In this document: in pieces, positions 36,186 to 47,200 of the stretch | Position numbering within the stretch: the stretch's first letter is position 1 | How the letters are laid out: the number at the start of each line of letters is the position of its first letter | NCBI GenBank assembly: GCA_026936335.1 | Contig: JAPMXV010000016.1 | Span: 124,001-188,000 of the forward strand | Reading direction: 5' to 3' | Source of the DNA: Mantamonas sphyraenae STR306 | Taxonomy: Eukaryota > Protista > CRuMs | DNA: 64,000 nucleotides | The notes under the pieces: model-generated | What the model saw: only the letters and a program-made list of their open reading frames with translations | Database searches by the model: none | What the model was told of the DNA's origin: nothing | Translations under genes and position numbers: made by a program

Positions 36186-37508
36186 ATGTCGCGTCGCACG
36201 GTGCCAGGACGCATCCAGGTGGCCGGGTTGACCCAGTCGCCGATGCAACAGAGAAAGCAGGCCGAGAGGGAGCAGCAAAGGGAAGAGGAAAGGGCCAAGG
36301 AAGAGCAGCAGGAGGGCAAGGAGGAGGAAGGGGCAGAAGCTCAGGAAGCCGGGGCAGCAAACACGCAGGAGGGCACAGAGGAGGGCACAGAGACGCGTGT
36401 TGGAGATGGAGGACAGGTGCAGGAGGAGGAAGCAGAGAAAGAGACACAGAGTGGGACGGTGGTGCAGGTTGTGGATAACGTGGAAGCCAAGGAACAGGCG
36501 GACGAGGGCGCGTCGGGGCGGCAGCATCTTCAGCAAGAACGAAAGACGTCACGGCAGCGGAAATTCGACGGGATCTTGGCGCAGGAGAACATTGACACAG
36601 AGGCACTGAGGGAGGTGAGCTGGATGGGCGTGCCGAGCGATCTGCGTGCACACGTGTGGCGCATCCTGGTCGGGTATGCGCCTGCCAACGCGTCGCGGAG
36701 GGAAGAGACGCTGGCACGCAAACGCAAGGAGTATGCGGATTCGATCCCAAGGTACTTTGAACAGGCGGACAGAGATGCATTCGAGGACGCCAACCTAAAC
36801 CAAATCGGATTGGATTTGCCACGCACGGCGCCCGGGGTGCCCCTCTTTCAGCTGGCGAGCACACAGGCGCGACTGGAGCGGATTCTGTACATATATGCCA
36901 TCCGTCACCCTGCCAGTGGGTATGTGCAGGGTATGAATGACCTGCTCACCTGCTTCTTCATGGTCTTTCTGAGCGAATACCTGGGCGGGGACGTGGAGGC
37001 GGCGGCGACGTGTGCGCTGGACGAGATGGACGACGCAGTGGTGGCCAAGGTGGAGGCAGACTCGTACTGGTGCCTCAGCAAGCTGCTGGACGGCGTGCAG
37101 GACATGTACACACAGTCACAACCGGGCATCCAACGCATGATCTACAAGCTGACGGAACTGGTGGCCAAGGTGGACCCCAAACTGTCGCAACACCTGCAGG
37201 ACAACGGCGTGGACTTTACCGTCGTCTCGTTGCGATGGATGAATTGCATGCTCATGCGTGAGGTGACCATGGAGCACACCATGCGCATGTGGGACACCTA
37301 CCTCTCCGAACCCGACGGCTTCTCCACCTTTCACGTCTACGTCTGCGCCGCCTACATTCATGCCCTCTCGCAACAGCTGCTCACCATGGACACCAGCGAG
37401 ATCCTCCTGTTTCTGCAGACAAACCCAGCCACAGAGTGGCCTGTGGACACCATCGAGGCCCTGTTGTCGCAGGCCTATGTTTGGTACGCCAGTGGCATGT
37501 GTCGGTGA
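36186..37508 (+). CDS. TBC1D22: Rab GAP, TBC1D22/Gyp1 family
   Basis: LREVSWMGVP..RAHVWRILVGY, QIGLDLPRT (R finger), RHPASGYVQGMNDL (Q finger), EADSYWCLSKLLDGVQD, RMWDTYLSE. Confidence 0.93.
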   Translation: MSRRTVPGRIQVAGLTQSPMQQRKQAEREQQREEERAKEEQQEGKEEEGAEAQEAGAANTQEGTEEGTETRVGDGGQVQEEEAEKETQSGTVVQVVDNVEAKEQADEGASGRQHLQQERKTSRQRKFDGILAQENIDTEALREVSWMGVPSDLRAHVWRILVGYAPANASRREETLARKRKEYADSIPRYFEQADRDAFEDANLNQIGLDLPRTAPGVPLFQLASTQARLERILYIYAIRHPASGYVQGMNDLLTCFFMVFLSEYLGGDVEAAATCALDEMDDAVVAKVEADSYWCLSKLLDGVQDMYTQSQPGIQRMIYKLTELVAKVDPKLSQHLQDNGVDFTVVSLRWMNCMLMREVTMEHTMRMWDTYLSEPDGFSTFHVYVCAAYIHALSQQLLTMDTSEILLFLQTNPATEWPVDTIEALLSQAYVWYASGMCR

Positions 37509-37581
37509 TGATGGGAAGAGAGATGGTGCAATACATACACACACATACGCACACATGTGAGGGGTGTTCATTGGTGGGGTT

Positions 37582-38115
37582 TCACGTGCTGGCGGGCGTT
37601 TTGGGTCGTCTCCAGGCGCCGCCTCCACTTCGACCTCGGGTGGCAAACGAAACAAAGTCGCGCTGGTACATCTTGGCATCCATGGTGCGGTCATTGAACG
37701 GGTTGTACACCACGGGCTGCAGCTTCTGCGTGGCCACACCCACGCCAGCCGCACACAGCACCAGTGCCGCGAAAGTCTGAATAAAGATCTGCACGCCGGG
37801 CCGGGGGGGGGGGAGGGGTGGCGACGTCAGAAACGAAATCAACACAACTTGCGCGTGCAGGGAGGCTGTGTTGCACCGCAACGACACGGTGTGGGCATCC
37901 GCGGGTACACCTACAATAAGAGGAGGATGTCCAAATGGCTGGTCCTCAAGCTGAGCCAGAGCACGTGCTGTGCGGAGAAATGCGGAGTGAGTGAGTGATG
38001 CACGACGCACGGAGAGAAGAGCTGTGACTGAGTGTGCGTGTGTACCTTGGGCTGTTTGCACTGCACAGTGGAATAGACCCGCAATGCCCAGCATCACGGG
38101 GACAAATCGCAACAT
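37582..38115 (-). CDS. EMC5: ER membrane complex subunit 5 / MMGT family, ~3 exons
   Basis: TM1 LGIAGLFHCA..Q, then PP-IFIQT-TM2, then C-terminal RDFVSFATRG (family pattern RPxFxxFxHRG). Confidence 0.72.
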   Translation of the reverse strand: MLRFVPVMLGIAGLFHCAVQTAQGTHAHSVTALLSVRRASLTHSAFLRTARALAQLEDQPFGHPPLIVGVPADAHTVSLRCNTASLHAQVVLISFLTSPPLPPPRPGVQIFIQTFAALVLCAAGVGVATQKLQPVVYNPFNDRTMDAKMYQRDFVSFATRGRSGGGAWRRPKTPAST

Positions 38116-38167
38116 GAGTGAATGGGAGAGGTTTGTTTGGAAAGGTTTGTTGGGTGTGTGCATGCCA

Positions 38168-39467
38168 TCACGAAACAGTGTAAAAGAAGAGGATGAGGAT
38201 ACACACGGCAATCACAACAGCCAGGATGATTGCGTCTCGCTTCTTCTTGCGCTGGATGCTGTTGATGAGCGAGTTGACCCCAGGCAGCCTCCTTCCCAGA
38301 CTAGCAATCCTCGAGTCGATCCCAAACAGTGTCTCTCCCTGACTCCCCACCGACCCATGAGTCCTCCTTGCCGACCTGGTGACCACGTTGCACTGTCAGT
38401 TTGTGCTGAGTCGCGCTGCAACACAGCTCTCCTTCCCCTTCTCTCTTTGTCCACACACATGGATCCAAACTCACTCGATCATTTCGTCCGCCAATGTCAG
38501 TGACGATGACATGCCCGACCGTTCCCGCAGTGCAAACGACGCTGCCGTCCCATCCCGTTCCGACCTGAGTGAATTCACCGTGCGTTGTGTCAGTTTCCCC
38601 ATTGTGCCCCCCTGTGTGCATCTCTCCCTCACACACATCCTCCCTGTGTCACACACACACACACACACACTCCCTTTCTCATCCCAGCAGCGTCTGCTAG
38701 CACAACCTACGTAATGTCGTCCCGCACGTGGCTCAGCAGCTCCCGTGTCTTGCTCGCTTCAGCAATCTTTCGCTGTGTCGCGTGTGTGTGGTGTGTGTGC
38801 ACTCGTACCAGTCAGCACCCACTCGTCACATCCACTCCCTCCATTCCGACTCCTCTACTCCTTCCTTGTGCCTGCTTCCCCTTCCCCCTCACCTTGGTCT
38901 TGCGAAAGTCAGAGCCGTAGTCCATCAGCCGCTCCCGGTGATGTTTCAACGACGCCGTAGCCGCCACACTTGTGTTCTGAGAGAAACGTGCCGCGCTCTG
39001 GTCCAAACTGTCGATGGTTTCTGCCAACTGCGCGTGTATGAGAATGCGTAGTGTGTATGTGTGAGCGCCTAGGGCGTCCAAAGGCAAGCTGCCGACGTGC
39101 CACCGCACACGATTTCCATCCCTTTCATCGTCTCCACGTCCCTCTGCCAGCCGTCCCTACAGCCCACACCCACCTGAATGAGAAGATTGTCCACTTCGAG
39201 CTCCATCTTGCGGATGGCGACCTCTGTGTTGTCCATGAGGGGTGCGTTTTCGTCGTCCCCTCCCTCCTCCCCGAAGCCCCGTGCCCCACTGCTGCTCCCA
39301 CTGGCCCCAACTCCACTGCGTCCGCTGGATGAACTCTTGCTGGAGCTCAGGCCCAGCAGGTTGGATTGGGCGTAGTCGTCCCCCATCTTCGAGAACGACG
39401 CCAGTTTGATGTCCAGCTCGTGCTGCAGTTTTCGTGCACGCTTGTTCAGCGTATCCCAGTTGTCCAT
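38168..39467 (-). CDS. GOSR1: Golgi Qb-SNARE GOS1/GS28, multi-exon
   Basis: WDTLNKRARKLQHELDIKLASFSK, LKHHRERLMDY..DFRKTK, RLPGVNSLINSIQRKKKRDAIILAVVIAVC tail anchor. Confidence 0.9.
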
Positions 39468-39704
39468 GCTTGTGTGTATGTGTGTATGTACTGTGTGTGT
39501 GTGTGTGTGTGTGTGTGTTCGTTCGCGGGGGTGTGTGGATGTGTGTCTGTGGACCCGCCGTTCCCCTGACAAAACCCCGTCGCGATGAACCTGGATGTCG
39601 AAATGTTGCTTCACCCTGCGCCACATTCCATTCCATTCCTTACTGCAGATCACCTCCACACCTGATCCCTGCGCCGTCTCATCCACATCTACTCTCTTTT
39701 CCCA

Positions 39705-41109
39705 ATGAGCAAAGTTGACGACGACTCTTCGTCCGACGAAGAAGAGTTTTTCGATGCCGACGAAGGCGATGCCATCCAGGCCCTGGCAGCCATCGATGCA
39801 TTCGACCCGTCCTGGGAACCCGAACCCCTTCCTGAAGAGTGCGTTGATGTGTGTGTCCGGCCATTCCGGCCGGAAGATTCCTCCCGCATGGACCCGCTCA
39901 CCCCCAACCCCCCCCCTTTTCCGAACACACGCACACTGACACTTGTTTCATCCTGGGAAAATAACCCACATAATCGTACACAACACGCATTCCCGTGCGC
40001 TTCACCTGCACCCCCAGTCTGCTGGAGATCCGTCTGTCCTTCCTCACGGACGAAGAGCGCGAGGCGTTTGCCACGCTGCGAGCGCAAGTCGACGAGGAAG
40101 TGACGGAGGAGCGCGAGGTTAGGTTTTGTGACTCGCACACGCTGCTGCGCTACCTTCGAGCACGCAAGTATGACGTGAAAAAGGCAAAGACAATGCTGCT
40201 GAACACGCTGGCCTGGCGCAAGGAGGCCAACGTGGATGCCATCACCGCCGAGACCCTGTGCGAGGAGACCCAGACGGGCAAACAGTACTGCAGGGGCTTC
40301 GATCGCTTTGGTCGGCCCGTAACCATGCTCCGTGCCCATCTGGAAAACACCTTTGACCCACCGGGTCAGATCAACATGGTCATCTACCACCTGGAAAAGT
40401 CACGCAGGCTCATGTAAGTGACACCCCACCCCCCCCCTTTGTGCGCTGTGTGCGAGTGTGTGTATCTGCGTATGCACCCACTTCACATGTGGGTTGGCTC
40501 ACACGTCTGCTCACCGCGTCCACACACAGGAACTGCAAGGAATCGAGGAGGGTTCGGCAGCAATGCAAAGCGGCGCTGTTGGCAAAGGCCGAGGCGCTGG
40601 ATCCGCAGGAGCGGGAAAAGGCGGTGGAGGAGATTGAAGAGGAGTACAAGGATCCACTGGTGGAAGGTGTGGTGTGGATCATCGACCAATCGCAGTTCTC
40701 CTTCAAGACATCGCCTCCGTTCAAGGTGGCCAAGGCCACCGTGGATCTACTCTCCAACCATTATCCCGAGTGTCTCGGACGGGCCTTTCTCTTTGACGCA
40801 CCCAAGGCCTTTAGTGGCTTCTGGATGCTCATCTCGCCCATTCTGGACAAGGTGACTGCCAACAAGATTGTCTTTTGCGGCAGCGACGACATGTCGCCCA
40901 TCCAAAGCGAGTTTACCGACCTCAGTCAGCTCGAAACCCAGTTTGGAGGCACATCCACCTACGAATTCAACTGGGAGGTGTGCTGGGCCAAAGAGATTGA
41001 AGAGGACAAAGAGCGACGTCGTCAACTCGGCCTCAGCGACGACGGCGAAGCCGAGCTTGCCGACAACCAGGGTGCCTCCTCCTCCTCCGCTTCTACCAGC
41101 AGCACATGA
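39705..41109 (+). CDS. CRAL-TRIO/Sec14 lipid-transfer protein (Pdr16-like), 3 exons
   Basis: LLRYLRARKYDVKKAKTML..TLAWR, GFDRFGRPV, LSNHYPECLG..DAP..FW..ISPILDKVTANKI. N-terminal acidic tract with EEEFFDADE (FFAT-like). Confidence 0.9.
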
Positions 41110-41240
41110 GCTTGTTGCGTGTGTGTTGGCCCAAGCAGCAGCAGACAAACCAAGCAATCAACACCGATTCTTCTCTGTTCTCTTCATTTGCCCCTCCCCG
41201 CACTGTGGCAGTGTGTGAATGAACACAACACACTCTCCTC

Positions 41241-44200
41241 TCATGGTGCGTCTGCACGCCACATGTCCAGTGTGGAACGCAGCGAGTCGCCCACTTGTCG
41301 TTCATGTGCCAGCTCACGTTCAAACAACGCCACCTTGTGTTGTTGATACTCCTGCAGCCTGCGTTGCAGATGGACATCCTCCAGAAGGGAAATATCCATA
41401 AGGTCGCTGCTGGACAACTGATGGTGGTGGTGGTGGTGACTGCTACTGCTGCTGCTGCTGCGAGCGTGGACGTCGTGCAATTCCGCACCCACAGGCGACA
41501 GCATCCAAGCTGGCAATTCCTCCCTTTGCCATCCTTGCTGCTGGTGCTGCCTGTGTTTCGTCTCGTAGTACGCTGCTTCGGCGTCTCCAGGGCCTTCCAT
41601 GAACAAATCGCCGCTGAGATCAACCTCGACCGCACCGTGATCGTCCAAGGTGTGCACACGCATGAAACCACGTGTCTCCTCCACCTGTTGCAGCTGATGG
41701 GAGCCCGTGTGCTGCGCATGGTGCCAACCATGTGCACGTTGGCTCACAAGAGACAACACTTCCTGTCCCATCTGCTGCACCAGAGCTTCCTTGCTGGCCA
41801 GTCGCACTTGCAAACGTGCCACGCTCTCCTCCCTTTCCCGCAGCGTCTCTGTCTGCACCGCACTCACTTCACGCAGCCGTTGCACCTCGGCACACAACGC
41901 TTGCATGCCCTCTTCCATGCTCTGCACCACACGTCGCATTATCTCATCCTCCTGCTTCTCCTGCCTGTGGCCATGGCCTTCCATGCTCACTTCCACCTCG
42001 TCCTCTTCGCCCTCCTCGTCCACAGGCTTCAGACGGCGACGTCGACCTCCGCGCTGGCCAGGCCCACGCCTGCGTCGCACGACATCGATGCCCACGCCTG
42101 TGCCTGTGCCCCGAGTGATCGAGTCACCACTTGCCACTCGTGTGCTCCTGCGTTGATGCTCCTGCTGGTGGCGACGCACCTGCGAGCGCAACGAATCCAC
42201 ACGTGCCGGGCTTCCAAGCTTGCTGCTGGACACGAGCACCGAGGCACGGGATCGCACCGATCCCATACTGTCGACACTGTCACTGCGAGAGCGACGACGA
42301 TGACGACGACGACGCTGCTGCTGCTGCTGATCATCATCATCATCACCGGCGTCACGTTCGCGTTCGTCGATGCGATCGTCGACAAATTGGACCCACGCGT
42401 TGAAGGCCCGTCCCATGCACAATTGCTTCCATCGCACACAGACACGTCTGAGCCCATACATGCGCATCCATGACACCAGACCCTTTCGAGCGAGGACAAG
42501 GGCGGCAAACGTGTCTGCGCTTGCCTTCCAAGCACGTGTGCGCACCGCAAGCTGCGTGTGTGCACGCCACGCCTCCCAGGCACCCACCAGTCGCACATTG
42601 GCCCACCGATGCAAGGTGCGATCCACAACCTCCCTCTGTGTGCGCAGTGCCACCCACACCGCATGCCAATGCGAAAAGACAGATGCACACATGCCAAGGT
42701 CGCGACGTTTCACCATCCGTTGCTGTCGTGCACTCTCCACCCATGTCGTCCACGCCCACACACACAAGCGACCGCACGCATACACGCTGGCCACACGCGC
42801 ACGGTGCGTTTTGGCGTGCTGCATGGCCGTGTGAACTCTCCACGCCGTCATGGCACGCGACAGCGCACGTGCACGCCAGTGTGCCAATGCACGTTGGCCT
42901 GCACGTCTCACCACACCCGTGTGCACCCACGTTTCATGCCACAGCCTCCACGCGTGCGACACACAGCGCCACGTGGAATATGCCCGCCACACACGCATCC
43001 GCCACAGCGAGTGCCAATCACGCCATGCCAAACTCAGGTGACGTCGATGCGCCCACGCCTGGCCTCGCAATTCTGCATCTCGCTTCTCTGCCCGTGTCTG
43101 TACGTACCCTCTCCATGCAGCCATGCTGCGTGCCAGATGTCTGCTTCGCCAGTGTCGGATGCTATTCCGTGCCCACTGCCTCTGCTGTCGTCGCTCCACA
43201 GCGAATGCACGCCAGGTCTCCCATGCATGCAGCATGGCACGCATGCCGGCCAATGCCAGCCCCACACGTGTTTCAAAGGCCTCTCCCCATCGCTGCAATG
43301 TTTCTCGTCGACGCCAATGCACATACCTCGCGTCGGCAACCTCCACTTGCATGCGTTCCACCCGTGTGTGATCCACCCACTCCAACCATGTGGCCCACGC
43401 AGCCCACAGGGCATTCAATCGCCAATGCTGCATCGCACGACGCCGCATGCCACCCACTCGTTCCGCCTCCACCCACGTTCCATGCCACTGGCGCACAAGG
43501 GCACGCAGAACCACACGTCGATGCCTTGAGTCCACCCAACGTGCCGCCGCATGGCGACTCCACGTCTGCCAAGCCTGCGACAAACGACGCTGACGGCACA
43601 CAGTGTCTGCACGCTGTCTGCGCCCTCGCTTGCCCACACGCACCTGTGCATACACACGCCAGCGAGGCATGTACACACGCACCATCCGTGTGTGCACATG
43701 ACGTGTGTGCAGCGCCTGCATACGCGCAAGTTGCACGCGTGCACGTGCCGTGGCCGCCTTCCACTGTGCCATGGCTGTGGACAACACGCCCAAGCGCCAC
43801 ACTCGCTCCTTCACCCTCTGCTCCCATTGTACACGCCACTCACGAAGCCACACCACGCCTCGGCGGCGTCGTTGCTGTGCGGTCGCCATGCGTTGGGCCT
43901 CCTCTTTGTGTTGTCGATGGGCGGTGTACGCCATCCATTGATGCCATGCACGTGTGGTTGCACGGTACTGTGCATGGCCCAATGCACGACGCACTTGTCC
44001 ACGCACACGTTGCCCACGTGCACAAGCACGCTTCCACGTATCCAGCGTCTCACGTGCCACACGGCGTGCTTGCGCACGTGCCACACGGCGTTCCAACAAG
44101 CTGCGTTGCCACACCTCCATCCATCGGTGTGTCAAACGCGTGGCACGCGATGCATCGGCTCTTGCCACACGGGCACGTTTCTCCTGCCGCGTCTCGCCGT

Positions 44201-47200
44201 ACGCCGTCCACGCGCCCCATGCACGAGCCAGTGCACCCTGTTGCCAATGCGCCAACGCATGGACCATTCTATGCCTCATAGCCGCGTGCTTCTCCCGCCT
44301 TGCACGCCACAACTCAAGCGCAGCACGAAGCATGCGTCGATTGGCTCGTGCATCGGCTTGTGTATCAAGCCACGCCGCTCGCCAGCTGCGCAGTGCACCA
44401 AGTACCACCGCACGCTGTGCCTGTGCCGTCGCACGCCGATGGTCACTGTGTGCCTTTCGCCGTTGCTCCACGTACGCCCTCCATCCAAACCAGGCATGGG
44501 ATCGTCGCTCCCCGCGCCAATGAGCCAGTGCTTTCGCTTCCAACGCGTGTGCCCAACGGCAGTGCTCCACATACGCCAGCCACAGGTGCCAATGTGCATG
44601 CAACACACGTTTGCGTCGCACACGTGCCTCCACACTGGCGCCCCACTGTGTGTGCCACCGTCTCAGCGTGGATTGCAGACGCGCTTTGCGTTTGTTGGCC
44701 TCGGCACGTCGTTGTGCCTCCACTTTGGCCACACGGTGAGCCACATAGCGGTGCCACATGTGCAGTGCTGATGCCAAGTGGCGTGCACGCCAGGTGAGTG
44801 CAGCATGCCGCAGGACACGCCTGTGGCGTGCGTGTGTGTGCGCCGCACGCAGCCACACGTGCAACAGACGACGCGCCTGCCTGCGCTGTGCTGACGATTC
44901 CCATCGGCGCTGTGCCGTGGCTCGCACCCACGTGCCAATGGCTCGCTTCACGACGTGAACCTCGCACAGGGCTTCGACACGCACTTGGCGCTCACGCAAT
45001 ACTGCTTGCACAGCCACGCCAGCACGCCACCCTTGCCACGCTGTGTGCAGACGCCGGTGACTCCAGTGCGCCAGTGCCACGTGTTGCAAACGGCGGCCAC
45101 GGCGCGTGTGCCGCATCCACGCCACCCACTGTCGAAATGCCCACGCTTGCCTCCGTGTCTGCCAATGCCACATTGCACGTGCCATTCCGCGTCGCAACGC
45201 CATGCGTTCCATCCAACGACGCATCATGGCACGTGTCACCTGCCATCGATGCATGTCGGCCACGCGTTTCCCCTGCAAGCCAACCTGCCACGCGTGCAAA
45301 TGCCGATGCACGCACCACGCCTCTGTGGCAAGTGTGGCCTCCTCGCCCACCGCTCGCAGACGCAACATGGCTTGAGTCACAGCGTACCATGTGCCAAATG
45401 CACGTGCCATGTGTCGTGCGTGCATGCGCATGGCCGCACGTCGAGCCTCCTGAACACGCGCCACCTGGCTGCGCCATCCCTGCCACGCTCGCAACAGTTC
45501 CCGCTTTGCCCACCGCCCCAGCAGTGTGCGTTGCAGACGGCGCACATACACACGTCGCATCCACACGCGCAAGGTGTGGGACAGGCCACGCATGCGCCAT
45601 GTGGCACTCGCCTCCTGCAGCGTCCCTGTGTACACTCTCCAGCGCCACGCGTGCGTCCATTTTGCCAACACACGCAATTGGACGCCGCGCGTGTGTTCTC
45701 TCTGCCATTGCGACTGCAGACGGCGCACGTGTGCCTTGTAGGACGCCACAGCGCGCCACTGCAGCACACTTCGGCGAAGGCATCCGTCACGCACAGCAGA
45801 CACAACCCAGCGCACCTGACGTGCCTCCTCCACCACCTCCACCCATCCACTCCACGCTCTTGCGATGGCAAACGATCGCCATCGCGCAATGGCCCTCTTT
45901 CCACGCAACTCACGATCCCACGATTGCTTCCAAGCCTTCCATGCACCGGACAGACGTCTCATGCGCTCCATCACATGCACGCGCATCGCTGCCTGCTGCA
46001 ACATCGCCTGAACTTCTGTCTCCAGTGCCAGCTGCTCCTCTTGCAAAGCCGTTGGGTTGCTTGCGGTCATCGTCGCCTGTGACTTTGCCTCAGCTTCGTT
46101 CTCAGTCGTGGGCTCAGGCAAAGGCGCTGGCGTGTACCGTCGCTCTTGCAGTTGCTTCCACGCGCGTGGGCGAAGGATAGCTCCACGCAACACCTTGCGC
46201 AGGCGAATGTTGTCTCGTTCCATGGCCTCGAGGGCTCCGTATGCATCCACTGCATCTGTCTGTGTGCCCTGCTCTTCCAATTCCACCATCACGACCTCCA
46301 CTTCTTCCTCTTCCTCCTCCACATCCTCCTCGTCGTCTTCTTCACCTTCTTCCCGCGTATCAATCGACGGTCCAGCAGACGCTTGGTCACGGCTTTCCAA
46401 CTGCTCACGGAGACCATCGTTGTCCAGAAGCAACCTTTCGATCTGTCGCTTCAACTCGGGGACCATGATACTGTTCTCTTCGTGCTCTCGAGTCATGCGT
46501 TTGTTGGCCTGCTTCGCCGCCTCCAGCTCTGCTTCCGCTTGAGCCAGTGCTGCGTTCACCTGATCGTATTGCGCCTGCACTTTGCGGTTTCCACTTACCA
46601 TCAGTGCTCGATCGCGACGGTACTCTTGCATCTCAGCTTCCACATCCTCTTGGTCCTCCTGCACGCGGTCGAGTGCAAACTGCAGCGCACGTCTCACCTC
46701 CATACTCTCCGCCAACTTGTCACGCATTGCACGTGTCTGTTCGTACCGTTGCATCCCTTCGCGCTCATACGCACCTGCCTGTGCCTCCCATTGCCTCTCG
46801 CGAGCCACCACTGATCGCCACACATCGTCCAGGCCACTCGACGCCATTCGTTCCTGCAACCATTGGACACGCGCAGGGTCCATGGCCTGCGCCAACGCGT
46901 CCGTGTTTCTGTCTGCTTGGTGCCCGTCCATCTCGCCTTGTACCCAGGCGGTGACACGTGCACGTTCATCCGCAAGCACCCAATCGACGCATAGTTGCAT
47001 CTCCTTGCGCAGTTGGATCGCCTGTGCGTCCAATCGTTGGATGGCCTTGCGCATTGTCGCGTTATCCTCCATCAACATTTGCTGTTGTTGTGTGCTCTGC
47101 GAGGATGACGTGGCGACATTGGCTGGAATCTGTGTTTGCGTCGCCTGGCTCTGCAATCGACGTCGCTCATCCTCCCATGCCACTCGATGCTGCTCCAGCG

